Positions 18,719 to 30,291 of a stretch of 32,000 nucleotides of DNA are shown here, piece after piece. The DNA lies in assembly GCF_042646345.1 (NCBI RefSeq), contig NZ_JBHRTK010000012.1, positions 75,330-107,329 on the forward strand, written 5' to 3'. Numbering within the stretch: position 1 is the first letter of the stretch; the number at the start of each line of letters is the position of its first letter. Source of the DNA: Aquamicrobium soli (GTDB taxonomy: Bacteria > Pseudomonadota > Alphaproteobacteria > Rhizobiales > Rhizobiaceae). Position numbers and translations under genes: made by a program. The notes under the pieces are model-generated. The model did not search any database, was not told where the DNA came from, and saw nothing but the letters and a program-made list of their open reading frames with translations.

Positions 18719-18736
18719 ATCGAGTGGGAATAATTC
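18719..18736 (+). repeat. attR core (ATCGAGTGGGAATAATTC), a displaced copy of the guaA 3' end
   Basis: Exact duplicate of 8873-8890. It is flanked on the left by AT-rich island DNA and on the right by GC-rich chromosome. Confidence 0.8.
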
Positions 18737-18747
18737 TTTTCCACTCG
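18721..18747 (+). other. Stem-loop CGAGTGG-N13-CCACTCG overlapping the attR core; probably the native guaA 3' hairpin
   Basis: A 7-bp perfect stem (18721-18727 / 18741-18747) with loop GAATAATTCTTTT. The right arm is absent at the attL copy. No downstream U-run, so this is not a canonical terminator. Confidence 0.35.
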
Positions 18748-18816
18748 GAGTCCACGCCACGGTACCGAGGGAAAAATCGCGGCCTTTTTCGCTGATAGAC
18801 CCGGTGCGGTAAGAAA

Positions 18817-19743
18817 TCAGGGGGCCGGCAGGTTACGGCTATCGCCAGGCATGAGATGGCCGGCGGAGGCGGTGATGATTTCTCCGAGCTCAACAAAGTC
18901 CTGCTTGCGCGGAGAGCTCTTGCGCCAGGCCAGCCCGATGGTCCGCTTCGGTTCGGGATCCTCGAAGCGCATCAGGTGAATGTTCTCCCGCCGGGTTTCC
19001 AGGCCGACGCTCATTTCCGGGATCAGGGTCATTCCGAAGCCGTTGGCCACCATTTCCAGCAGGGTGGACAGGCTCGAGACGCCGAAGGTGGCGGCATTCT
19101 CGACCTGCCGCAGCCCGCAGAACGTCAGCGCCTGATCGCGGAAGCAGTGGCCTTCCTCCAGCAGCAGCAGTTTGTCGCGTTCGACCATGTCGGGGGTGGC
19201 CCGCACATGGTTGGTCATCTTTTTCGAGCGTGGCATCGCCAGCAGGAAGCGGTCGTCGAAAAGCCGCAGCGTTTCGACCGCGGGGTCCTCGATCGGCAGC
19301 GCCAGCAGCAGGAGGTCGAGGCTGCCGTCCAGCAGTTCGCGCAGCAAGAACTGGGTCTGCGTCTCGCGCAGCGAAAGATCGAGATCGGGATAGGCCGTGC
19401 GGATCGAAGGCAGCAGGCCGGGCAGGATGTAGGGGGCGACCGACGGGATCACGCCCAGCCCGAGCCGCCCGGACAACGGCCTGCCGTCCTGCCGCGCCAG
19501 ATCGACGATGTCGCGCGCATCGGCAAGCATGCGCGCGGCGCGAAGGGCGATGCTCCTGCCGCTGTTGGTCAGCATCACCGGCCCCCGGCCCCGCTCGAAG
19601 AGCGCGACGCCCAGGAACTTCTCCAGCTCCTGTATCTGCATCGAGAGCGCGGGCTGGGTAACGCCGCATTCCTCCGCAGCCGCGCCGAAATGCCCGCAGC
19701 GGGCCACGGCGTCGAAATACCGGATCTGCTTCAGCGAAACCAT
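18817..19743 (-). CDS. oxyR: LysR-family peroxide-sensing transcriptional regulator OxyR
   Basis: 308 aa. N-terminal HTH LKQIRYFDAVARCGHFGAAAEECGVTQPALSMQIQELE. Redox Cys pair in EEGHCFRDQALTFC. Divergent from a catalase gene. Confidence 0.85.
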   Translation of the reverse strand: MVSLKQIRYFDAVARCGHFGAAAEECGVTQPALSMQIQELEKFLGVALFERGRGPVMLTNSGRSIALRAARMLADARDIVDLARQDGRPLSGRLGLGVIPSVAPYILPGLLPSIRTAYPDLDLSLRETQTQFLLRELLDGSLDLLLLALPIEDPAVETLRLFDDRFLLAMPRSKKMTNHVRATPDMVERDKLLLLEEGHCFRDQALTFCGLRQVENAATFGVSSLSTLLEMVANGFGMTLIPEMSVGLETRRENIHLMRFEDPEPKRTIGLAWRKSSPRKQDFVELGEIITASAGHLMPGDSRNLPAP

Positions 19744-19745
19744 CC

Positions 19746-19796
19746 CGATCAGTTTTCCTTATTTCTTTTGGAAGCCATTATGATTGGACCTGATCG
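19746..19796. promoter_or_regulatory. Candidate OxyR operator / divergent oxyR-katA promoter region
   Basis: Inverted repeat CGATCAG (19746-19752) / CTGATCG (19790-19796) brackets an AT-rich 37-bp stretch directly upstream of oxyR. Position and size resemble LysR/OxyR footprints. I could not align a clear ATAG-N7-CTAT consensus. Confidence 0.3.
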
Positions 19797-19951
19797 CCGG
19801 GATTGTCTACCCTGAGGCGCTGCCGCATCCTTCGCACGAGCGACGAGCGCGGGCAGGACACCCGAATTGCATGGACGCTGCCCCAGCAACAGGGCAGGTC
19901 GACACACGACCCAACCATCCGGAAGACACGCCGGAAACGGCCAGGAAAGGA

Positions 19952-21454
19952 ATGACCCCCATGACAGACAAGAAACCAGGCATCGGCTCCACCACGGGCA
20001 CCGGCGCGCCCGCGCCCAGCGACCGCAATTCGCTGACGATCGGCGCGAATGGCCCGATCCTGCTGCACGACGTGCATTTCCTGGAACAGATGGCGCATTT
20101 CAACCGGGAGAAAGTGCCTGAGCGCCAGCCGCACGCCAAGGGCTCGGGCGCCTTCGGCACCTTCAGGACCACCGAGGACGTGTCGGCCTTCACCAAGGCA
20201 GCGCTGTTCCAGAAGGGCGCCTCGACCGAGATGCTGGCGCGCTTTTCCACCGTCGCCGGCGAGCAGGGCAGCCCCGACACCTGGCGCGACGTGCGCGGCT
20301 TCTCGCTCAAGTTCTACACCAGCGAGGGCAACTACGACCTCGTCGGCAACAACACGCCGGTTTTCTTCGTGCGTGATCCGATGAAGTTCCCACACTTCAT
20401 CCGCAGCCAGAAGCGGCTTCCCGATTCGGGCCTGCGCGACAACCACATGCAGTGGGATTTCTGGACCAGCAATCCCGAGACCGCGCACCAGGTCACCTAT
20501 GTGATGGGCGAGCGCGGCCTGCCGCGGACCTGGCGCCACATGAACGGCTACGGCTCCCACACCTATATGTGGATCAACGCCAAGGGCGAGAAGTTCTGGG
20601 TGAAGTACCACTTCCACACCCAGCAGGGCATGAAGTTCTTCTCCAACGAGGAAGCGGCCGCCATGTCGGGCGCCGACGCCGACTTCCACCGCCGCGACCT
20701 GTTCGACGCCATCGCGCGCGGCGAGCATCCGAGCTGGACGCTGTCGGTGCAGGTCATGCCCTATGCCGAGGCCAGCGCCTATCGCTTCAACCCGTTCGAC
20801 CTGACCAAGGTGTGGCCGCATGCCGACTATCCGCTGATCAAGGTCGGCACCATGACGCTCGACCGCAACCCGGAGAATTTCTTCGCGCAGATCGAGCAGG
20901 CAGCGTTCTCGCCGGGCAACACGGTCCCCGGCATCGGCCTGTCGCCGGACAAGATGCTGCTCGGCCGCGCCTTCGCCTATGCCGACGCGCAGCGCAACCG
21001 CATCGGCACCAACTTCCACCAGCTTCCGGTGAACCAGCCCAAGGTGCCGGTGAACACCTACATGTTCGACGGCCAGATGGCCTACCACCACAGCGGCAAC
21101 GCCCCCGTGCACGCCCCCAACAGCGGCGGCCGCGACTGGACGGACAATACCGGCCCGGTTGCCGACGGATGGGAAGCCGACGGCGCCATGGTGCGCAGCG
21201 CCTATACCCTGCATGCCGAGGACGATGACTTCGGCCAGCCGGGCAAGCTGGTGCGCGAGGTGTTCGGCGACACCCAGCGCGCCAATCTGGTGGACCAGGT
21301 CGCGGGCAGCCTGCTGGGCGGCGTGCGCGAGCCGGTGCTGAGCCGCGCCGTCGACTACTGGAAGAACATCGACGCCGAAACCGGGCGCCGCATCGAGGAA
21401 AAGGTCCGCCAGGGCAGCACGCCGAAGCCCGCCGAGGGCATGGGCGAGGCCTGA
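19952..21454 (+). CDS. katA: Monofunctional haem catalase
   Basis: The start is ATG 19952 or 19961, with AGGAAAGG at 19943-19950. Active-site region [22 protein letters not shown], then RFSTVAGE and a proximal-side segment [14 protein letters not shown]. The track ORF start at 19784 is an unsupported extension. Confidence 0.9.
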   Translation: MTPMTDKKPGIGSTTGTGAPAPSDRNSLTIGANGPILLHDVHFLEQMAHFNREKVPERQPHAKGSGAFGTFRTTEDVSAFTKAALFQKGASTEMLARFSTVAGEQGSPDTWRDVRGFSLKFYTSEGNYDLVGNNTPVFFVRDPMKFPHFIRSQKRLPDSGLRDNHMQWDFWTSNPETAHQVTYVMGERGLPRTWRHMNGYGSHTYMWINAKGEKFWVKYHFHTQQGMKFFSNEEAAAMSGADADFHRRDLFDAIARGEHPSWTLSVQVMPYAEASAYRFNPFDLTKVWPHADYPLIKVGTMTLDRNPENFFAQIEQAAFSPGNTVPGIGLSPDKMLLGRAFAYADAQRNRIGTNFHQLPVNQPKVPVNTYMFDGQMAYHHSGNAPVHAPNSGGRDWTDNTGPVADGWEADGAMVRSAYTLHAEDDDFGQPGKLVREVFGDTQRANLVDQVAGSLLGGVREPVLSRAVDYWKNIDAETGRRIEEKVRQGSTPKPAEGMGEA

Positions 21455-21608
21455 GCGCCAGCGACCGGGCCGCACGCCTGTCCGAGCACCATTCGTCCGG
21501 GCAGGCGGGCGGCCCGTTTCCGGCCGCACGAACGGGGCGGCGATCCCCAAACTTCGCCGGCGGTCTGCTATAGGAAGACACCTTCCTGATTCCCCGACGC
21601 AGGCCGCC

Positions 21609-23423
<1,815 letters not shown>

Positions 23424-23429
23424 CGCCGG

Positions 23430-24107
23430 CTAAAGACCGCCGATACGAGGCGGTCCGGGGAAATCCTCGCCGCTGTCCAGCGCATCGGCAAAGCCGTGGT
23501 TTACGTCCCGGTGGAGAGCCTCATCCTCCTGGATCGCGGCGATGACGTCGCTCAACCGCGCGTCGGGCGGCAGATTCCAATAGGCGATGGCCAGTTCCGG
23601 CGCCGGCGGGTTTTCCTGCCGGCGTTCGCGGATCTCGTCGAGATAGTGGCCATAGCCGCGCACCGCGTCCTCGGCAAAATAGCCGGCGATGCGGTGGCCG
23701 GTACGCGGCGAGAACAGATAGAGGAGGAAGTGGGCGTTGTAGAAAAGCCCTTGCGCGACCAGGACGACCAGCCGCTCGAACAGGTTCGGCCGGTCGATCG
23801 ACACGAATACCATCAGGTGGACACGCTGCGTCTCGGCCTCGTTGAGCAGGACGCGAATCCAGCCGCGGTCGTCGATCATCCGCCGCAGGCATTTGAGGTG
23901 AAGCAGCGTCGCCGCCACCATGCCTGGAACCGCCGCGATCGTTTCCAGGACGATGGTGCGGTGGCGATAGCGGCGGCCAAACAGCGCGCCGGCGCTGGAC
24001 TGGACCATGCCGACCAGCCGATAGGCGATCCGGTCGGAGAACGACCGGGGTACATGGTGGCGCGACAGGTCTGTCTTGTCGATGGTCAGCATGGCTCGCA
24101 GCATCAT
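23430..24107 (-). CDS. aox: Alternative oxidase (cyanide-insensitive di-iron ubiquinol oxidase)
   Basis: 225 aa. Di-iron ligand motifs LETIAAVPG, LNEAETQRVHLMVF (ExxH), YFAEDAV and QEDEALHRDVNH (ExxH). Confidence 0.85.
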   Translation of the reverse strand: MMLRAMLTIDKTDLSRHHVPRSFSDRIAYRLVGMVQSSAGALFGRRYRHRTIVLETIAAVPGMVAATLLHLKCLRRMIDDRGWIRVLLNEAETQRVHLMVFVSIDRPNLFERLVVLVAQGLFYNAHFLLYLFSPRTGHRIAGYFAEDAVRGYGHYLDEIRERRQENPPAPELAIAYWNLPPDARLSDVIAAIQEDEALHRDVNHGFADALDSGEDFPGPPRIGGL

Positions 24108-24324
24108 CCTATGGCGTCGCCCACATTATAAGCAGATCGGTCGCTGACAAAGGCCGACGGCGAATCCCCAAATAATAGCTGTGGAACCCGGCCGTGGCGG
24201 GCATGCCCCGGCTGTCGCGGCGTTTCTGCTTTTGCGGCAAACCGGGCTATGTTGGCGAAACCGTGTGCAGCGCCGCACGACTCGGCCGCCATGTCGGTTG
24301 AACAGGAGATCGGATAGACAGGCG

Positions 24325-25026
24325 ATGGTGGGCGGGCAAGCGGACCTGAACATTCTGGCGGCTACCGAAATCTTCCGCTTCCTGCCGGTGGAAACCGTCG
24401 AAGAGGCGCGCAGCCTCGCCGTCCGCAAACGCATCGCCAAGAGAACGGTGCTCTACCACCAGGGTGATGCCGCCGACACATTCTACGTCGTCATCGTCGG
24501 TCGGCTGCGCGCGATCCAGACGGCGCCGGACGGCAGCCAGATCGCGTTGCGCTATCTCGGCCCCGGCGAACTGGCCGGATACGCCGCGCTGTCCGGGATT
24601 CCCACCTATCCCGGCACTGTGACCGCCGTCGAGGATACCCACCTGTTCTCCTGGTCCGCGCATACCATCCGCCAGTTGATGGGCAAGCATGCGCAGATCG
24701 CGATCAACGCGCTCGCGGTGCTGGGAACGCGTTACCAGGAAACGCAGACGAGGCTGCGCGAGCTTTCCACGGAAACCGTCGAGCGCCGCATCGCTCATAC
24801 GCTGATGCGCCTGGCGCAACAGGCCGGGCGGAGGACCGCGCAGGGCATCGAAATCTGCTTTCCGCTGTCGCGGCAGGATTTCGCGGAACTGGCCGGAACG
24901 ACGCTGCACACCGTCAGCCGCACGCTCAGCGCCTGGGAAAAGGACGGCATCGTCTCGAGCACGCACCGCTACATCGTCATCCACCGGCCCGACGTCCTGG
25001 AACAACTGAGGGAAGACACGCTCTAG
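24325..25026 (+). CDS. nnrR: Crp/Fnr-family transcriptional regulator, NnrR-like
   Basis: Start chosen at ATG 24325 (MVGGQADLNILAATEIFRFL). cNMP-binding-like barrel (YHQGDAADTFYVVIVGRLR). C-terminal HTH SRQDFAELAGTTLHTVSRTLSAWEKDG. No N-terminal Cys cluster, as in NnrR. Located directly upstream of nirK. Confidence 0.75.
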   Translation: MVGGQADLNILAATEIFRFLPVETVEEARSLAVRKRIAKRTVLYHQGDAADTFYVVIVGRLRAIQTAPDGSQIALRYLGPGELAGYAALSGIPTYPGTVTAVEDTHLFSWSAHTIRQLMGKHAQIAINALAVLGTRYQETQTRLRELSTETVERRIAHTLMRLAQQAGRRTAQGIEICFPLSRQDFAELAGTTLHTVSRTLSAWEKDGIVSSTHRYIVIHRPDVLEQLREDTL

Positions 25027-25089
25027 CCGCTCTCCCAGCGCCGCGGCCGGCTGCGGCGGCACGCCGCACCTTGGCCAAGAATCGAAATT

Positions 25090-25103
25090 TTGCGCGGCAG
25101 CAA
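25090..25103. promoter_or_regulatory. FNR/NnrR-type box TTGCG-CGGC-AGCAA upstream of nirK
   Basis: Matches TTG-N8-CAA (FNR/NnrR consensus TTGCG-N4-CGCAA) at 9 of 10 half-site positions. The centre is about 67 bp upstream of the nirK start codon. Confidence 0.55.
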
Positions 25104-25163
25104 AGATTCCACGCGGCATCGGTTTAGGTCTGTCGTCGACAACAGCCACGAAGGAGTGAGCAA

Positions 25164-26285
25164 ATGTTGACGAGACGCGAAGCCCTGTTTGGAACGATGA
25201 GCGGAGCGGCCACCGCGGCCCTGCTGACGGCGGTAGCGGCAACGCCCGCAAACGCCGCGCAGCCCCCGCTCGCCGATGTCGGCAAGCTGCCGCGCGAACG
25301 CGTGACGCTGGTTGCCCCGCCCTTCGTGCATGCGCATGCGCAGGTCGCCACCGGCGGCCCCAGGATCGTCGAATTCCAGCTGACCGTGAAGGAACAGCCG
25401 ATGGTCATCGACGAGGACGGGACCGTCATGCAGGCTATGACCTACAACGGCTCGATCCCGGCGCCGATGATGGTGGTGCATGAGGGAGACTATGTCGAAC
25501 TCACCCTCATCAACCCCGAAACCAACGAAATGCCGCACAACATCGACTGCCATGCCGCGACCGGCGCCTTGGGCGGCGCGGCGCTAACCGAGGTCAACCC
25601 CGGCGAGCAGGCGACCCTGCGCTTCAAGGCGACGCGGGCCGGCACCTTCGTCTATCACTGCGCACCGGCCGGCATGATCCCCTGGCACGTGGTGGCGGGC
25701 ATGAGCGGCACCATCATGGTGCTGCCGCGCGACGGGCTGAAGGACGAGAACGGCAAGCCGCTGCGCTACGACCGCATCTTCTACATCGGCGAGAACGAGT
25801 TCTACATCCCGCGCGACGAGAACGGGAAGTACAAGAGCTACGCCTCGCTCGGCGAAAGCTACGACGACACGCTGAAGGTCATGCGCGGGCTCATTCCCAC
25901 CCATGTGGTCTTCAACGGCAAGGTCGGGGCGCTGACCGGCGACAACGCGCTCAAGGCCAATGTCGGCGAAACGGTGCTGTTCGTCCACGCACAGGCCAAC
26001 CGCGACACCCGTCCGCATCTGATCGGCGGGCATGGCGACCATGTCTGGGAGATGGGCAAGTTCCACAACCCACCCGCCAAGGACCTTGAGACATGGTTCA
26101 TCCGCGGCGGCTCCGCGGGGGCGGCGCTCTACACCTTCCGGCAGCCGGGCGTCTACGCCTATGTCAACCACAACCTCATCGAGGCGGCGGAACTGGGCGC
26201 CACGGCACATATCATGGTGGAGGGCGAGTGGGATAACGACCTGATGGCGCAGGTCAGCGCGCCAGCGCCGATCGCCGCCCTCTGA
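25164..26285 (+). CDS. nirK: Copper-containing nitrite reductase
   Basis: 373 aa. Tat signal TRREALFG...ANA. Cu ligands in HNIDCHAA and [17 protein letters not shown]. Cupredoxin-domain architecture. Confidence 0.92.
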   Translation: MLTRREALFGTMSGAATAALLTAVAATPANAAQPPLADVGKLPRERVTLVAPPFVHAHAQVATGGPRIVEFQLTVKEQPMVIDEDGTVMQAMTYNGSIPAPMMVVHEGDYVELTLINPETNEMPHNIDCHAATGALGGAALTEVNPGEQATLRFKATRAGTFVYHCAPAGMIPWHVVAGMSGTIMVLPRDGLKDENGKPLRYDRIFYIGENEFYIPRDENGKYKSYASLGESYDDTLKVMRGLIPTHVVFNGKVGALTGDNALKANVGETVLFVHAQANRDTRPHLIGGHGDHVWEMGKFHNPPAKDLETWFIRGGSAGAALYTFRQPGVYAYVNHNLIEAAELGATAHIMVEGEWDNDLMAQVSAPAPIAAL

Positions 26286-26310
26286 CGGGCCGACGCTCGC
26301 GAACGAATGG

Positions 26311-26342
26311 CGGCCCGTCGAGTTCTCGGCGGGCCGTTTTTT
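26311..26342 (+). terminator. Rho-independent terminator-like hairpin after nirK
   Basis: Stem CGGCCCG (26311-26317) / CGGGCCG (26330-26336), a 12-nt loop, then TTTTTT (26337-26342). nirV begins 15 nt later, so termination may be partial. Confidence 0.5.
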
Positions 26343-26356
26343 CTGGGAGTAAAGCC

Positions 26357-27223
26357 ATGCGACTGATGATCCCGACAATGATAGGCGCGGCGGCGACCGC
26401 AACGGCCCTGATGGCCCTCGGCGCCGGCCGGCACGCCACCGTGAACAAAACCATGCCGCCCGTGGCGATGGTTGCCGTGCAGCCCGGCTCCTTCGACTTC
26501 CGGCTGCCCGGAGAATACCTCAAGGCCAACTGGCCGGTGGATGCCCCGAAGCGGAAGGTGACCTTCGACCGCGGCTTCGAGATGATGAAGTACCAGGTCA
26601 GCCTTGCCGACTATGGCGCCTGCGTCGCCGACGGCGCCTGCGAGGCCCTCGAGGGCGCTCGCAAGAGTGCGGACGTTCCCGTCACCGGCGTGAACTATCG
26701 CGACGCCACCGCCTATGCGGCGTGGCTGTCGAGGAAGACCGGCGAAAGCTGGCGCCTGCCGACCGACGAGGAATGGGCGTTCGCCGCCGCCGAGCGCCTG
26801 CCGGACGACGCGCTCGGCCTGCCGCAGGATACCACCAACCCGGCCACGCGGTGGCTGGCCCGCTATGCCGCTGAAAGCGGCACCGAGGCACGCGACGCCG
26901 AGCCGAAGCCGCGCGGCCATTTCGGGGAAAACAGCAAGGGGCTGGCCGACATCGCCGGCAATGTCTGGGACTGGACGACGACCTGCTACCGGCGCGCGAC
27001 GGTGGACGTGGACGGAAAAGTCACGCAGAGCACCGAAAACTGCGGCGTGCGGGTGCTGGGCGGCCGGCACCGCAGCTACATGTCCACCTTCATCCGCGAC
27101 GGCAAAAGCGGCGGCTGCGCGGCGGGGCTGGCACCGGACAATCTCGGCATCCGGCTGGTCCGCGAGCCGCCGACCCTCGTCAGCCGGGCCGCCCGGCTCT
27201 GGGCGACCGTAGCCGGCGCCTGA
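26357..27223 (+). CDS. nirV: NirV; formylglycine-generating-enzyme (SUMF1) family protein
   Basis: 288 aa with an N-terminal signal-like segment. FGE-sulfatase-like motifs VTGVNYRDATAYAAWLSRKTGESWRLPTDEEWAFAA and GNVWDWT. Canonical position downstream of nirK. Confidence 0.8.
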   Translation: MRLMIPTMIGAAATATALMALGAGRHATVNKTMPPVAMVAVQPGSFDFRLPGEYLKANWPVDAPKRKVTFDRGFEMMKYQVSLADYGACVADGACEALEGARKSADVPVTGVNYRDATAYAAWLSRKTGESWRLPTDEEWAFAAAERLPDDALGLPQDTTNPATRWLARYAAESGTEARDAEPKPRGHFGENSKGLADIAGNVWDWTTTCYRRATVDVDGKVTQSTENCGVRVLGGRHRSYMSTFIRDGKSGGCAAGLAPDNLGIRLVREPPTLVSRAARLWATVAGA

Positions 27224-27256
27224 CCGGCCGACGGCCGTTGTTCAGGCCCTTTCCGA

Positions 27257-28338
<1,082 letters not shown>

Positions 28339-28342
<4 letters not shown>

Positions 28343-29268
28343 GCTGTCGGCTCCTCGCTGGGCAGCGGTCCGCCATAGGAACGGGGACGGGTGGAAATCG
28401 CGCGCGAGGCCGTCTCGACGCCGGCGGCGAGGCATTCGGCCAGCGCCTGCCCGCGCGCCAGCGCGGCAAGGAAGGCGGCGTTGAAGACGTCGCCGGCGCC
28501 GATGGTGTCGACGACGTCGACGCGCGGCGCTGGGGCCCGGACCACGGCGCCGTCCGCGCCGATGGCGAGCGCGCCGTCCGGACCGCGCTTGACCACCACC
28601 AGCGCCTCCTTGCGCATGCCGGCGCGCAGCGCCAGCGCCGCCTCGGCAACGTCGTCGCGGCCGGTCAGCGTCGTCGTCTCGATCTCGTTGAAGAGCGCCA
28701 GCGTGCAGCGCGACAGCCAGCCGCGGACGGCCTCCCGGTTGGCGGCCGTCCAGCCCTGCATCGGCCAGCCGGTGTCGAGCGCAACGGCAATGCCATGCGT
28801 ATCGGCCCAGTCGAAGAAAGCGGGGTAGTCCGCCGTCAGGTCGTCGGTCAGGAAGGCCCCGCCCAGCAGCGCCCATCCGCCGGCAAGTTTTTTCCCCTCC
28901 AGCACCGCCAGCACGTCGGCGAGGCTGAAGCGCGGCAGGTGGCCGCGCGTTGTGAAGAAGGTGCGCTCCCCGTCCGGATGGGTGATGCCGACCGACAACG
29001 TCGTGCCTTGCGGGCTGACCGGCCATTTTTGCGCGCGGGCGCCGAATTCCTCGACCAACCAGCGGCCGAACTGGTCGTCGCCGACATTGGCGGCGATCTG
29101 GAAGTCCACGCCGAGCGCCTGCCAGACGAGCGCGCTGTTGCCGGCCTGGCCGCCGACGCGCAACTCGTCATGGTCGACGATGATTTCGGTGCCGGCTTTC
29201 GGCCACGGCACGGCCGGGCCCAGAATGAGGTCGACATTGACGTTGCCGATCACCGCCAGTGGCCGCAT
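28339..29268 (-). CDS. PfkB-family carbohydrate kinase
   Basis: 309 aa. N-terminal GNVNVDL and GGQAGNSA. C-terminal DTIGAGDVFNAAFL (PfkB signature 2). Confidence 0.85.
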
Positions 29269-30291
29269 TCACTCGCTCCGCGTGATTTTCGTGGAGCGCA
29301 CGGGCGTGCCGGCATCCTCGACGCGGGCGGCGGCGAAGGCGATCATCAGCCGCTGCGCCACCGGCAGCATGGCGAGGACGGCGGCAAGCCCGGACGCCGG
29401 CCGGAACGTAAGCGTCACCGCGCCCTCGACCGGCGGCTTGCCCGAGGCGTCGAACACCACCGTCGGCGCGCCCGCCGCGACCACCGAGGCCGCCATCGCC
29501 GCCACCAGCTCGCCGGTGGGGTCGTCGCCGCGAAACAGCACGACGCCGATCTCCGACCCCAGCATCTCCATCGGTCCGTGGCGCAGTTGCCCGCCTTCGA
29601 GCGAAAAGCAGGGGCGGCGCGACAGTTCGGTCAGCCCCAGCGCCAGCGCCTCCGCCAGCCCCTGCAGGCGGCGGCCGGACGTAACTACGCCCGCCACGCC
29701 GGAAAGTGCCGCGACCGCGTCTTCGACGCCGACCGCCTGCGGGTCGCGCAGGGCGGCAAGTGCTTCGGAAGGATCGTCGCCAAGCGCCGCCAGCACGGCC
29801 AGGTGCAGGGCGAAGCTGATGGTCAGGCTGCGGGTGGCGGCGAAGGCCAGTTCGCTGCCGCCGGAACCGACTAGGCAGGGAACCGTCCGACCGAGAAACG
29901 ACCCGGCTTCCAGCGTCAGCCCGAATGTATCCGGCCCGCCGCCATCCTCGGCGAACCAGCGCACCACTTCGGCGCTTTCGCCAGATTGCGAGCTCACCAG
30001 CACGGTGCGGCCCTGAAGCGGCAAGGGCTGCCCAAGCTGTTCCGAAAGCGGCAGCGCGACGGCGTCGATGCCATGGGCGCGGTAGAGCGGCTCGACCGCG
30101 CGGCCGACCGCATGCGAGCCGCCCATGCCGAGCAGGACGAGACGGCCGGTGCGCTTCAGCGAAGCGGCGATCTTTTGCGCCACAGCGTCGGCCTGATAGA
30201 ACGAGGCCAGCGCGTCGACATTCTGGCGTGCCATTTCGCGATCGATGGCGGCGAGCCCCGCCGGCCGTTTGTTTTCAGCGTTCATCGTCAT
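29269..30291 (-). CDS. SIS-domain sugar isomerase/deglycase (GlmS-C / FrlB-like)
   Basis: Start ATG 30291 overlaps the permease stop (ATGA). There are two SIS-like repeats: LVLLGMGGSHAV...VLVSSQSGES and a second half. The track ORF 29269..31173 is an artificial extension. Confidence 0.8.
   Translation of the reverse strand: MTMNAENKRPAGLAAIDREMARQNVDALASFYQADAVAQKIAASLKRTGRLVLLGMGGSHAVGRAVEPLYRAHGIDAVALPLSEQLGQPLPLQGRTVLVSSQSGESAEVVRWFAEDGGGPDTFGLTLEAGSFLGRTVPCLVGSGGSELAFAATRSLTISFALHLAVLAALGDDPSEALAALRDPQAVGVEDAVAALSGVAGVVTSGRRLQGLAEALALGLTELSRRPCFSLEGGQLRHGPMEMLGSEIGVVLFRGDDPTGELVAAMAASVVAAGAPTVVFDASGKPPVEGAVTLTFRPASGLAAVLAMLPVAQRLMIAFAAARVEDAGTPVRSTKITRSE

Larger units (their letters stand above)
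8873..18736. mobile_element. Integrase-associated genomic island (decayed ICE remnant plus defence cargo) inserted in the 3' end of guaA
   Basis: A perfect 18-bp direct repeat lies at both ends. The integrase sits next to the guaA-proximal repeat. Truncated conjugation/partition genes are present. The cargo half (about 11940-18718) is clearly AT-richer by eye than the flanking chromosome. Confidence 0.8.

Noticed and set aside
18693-18896. 67-aa minus-strand ORF spanning attR, and the 73-aa ORF at 8842..9063 spanning attL
   Set aside because: Both cross the recombination junctions and the ends of neighbouring genes. Neither has a motif or an SD. They are most likely fortuitous.
24108-24324. 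FNR/NnrR-type TTG-N8-CAA box in the aox-nnrR divergent intergenic region
   Set aside because: I scanned every TTG on both strands and none has CAA at the correct spacing. Only the short palindrome TTTGC-G-GCAAA (24241-24251) is present, and it does not fit the consensus.
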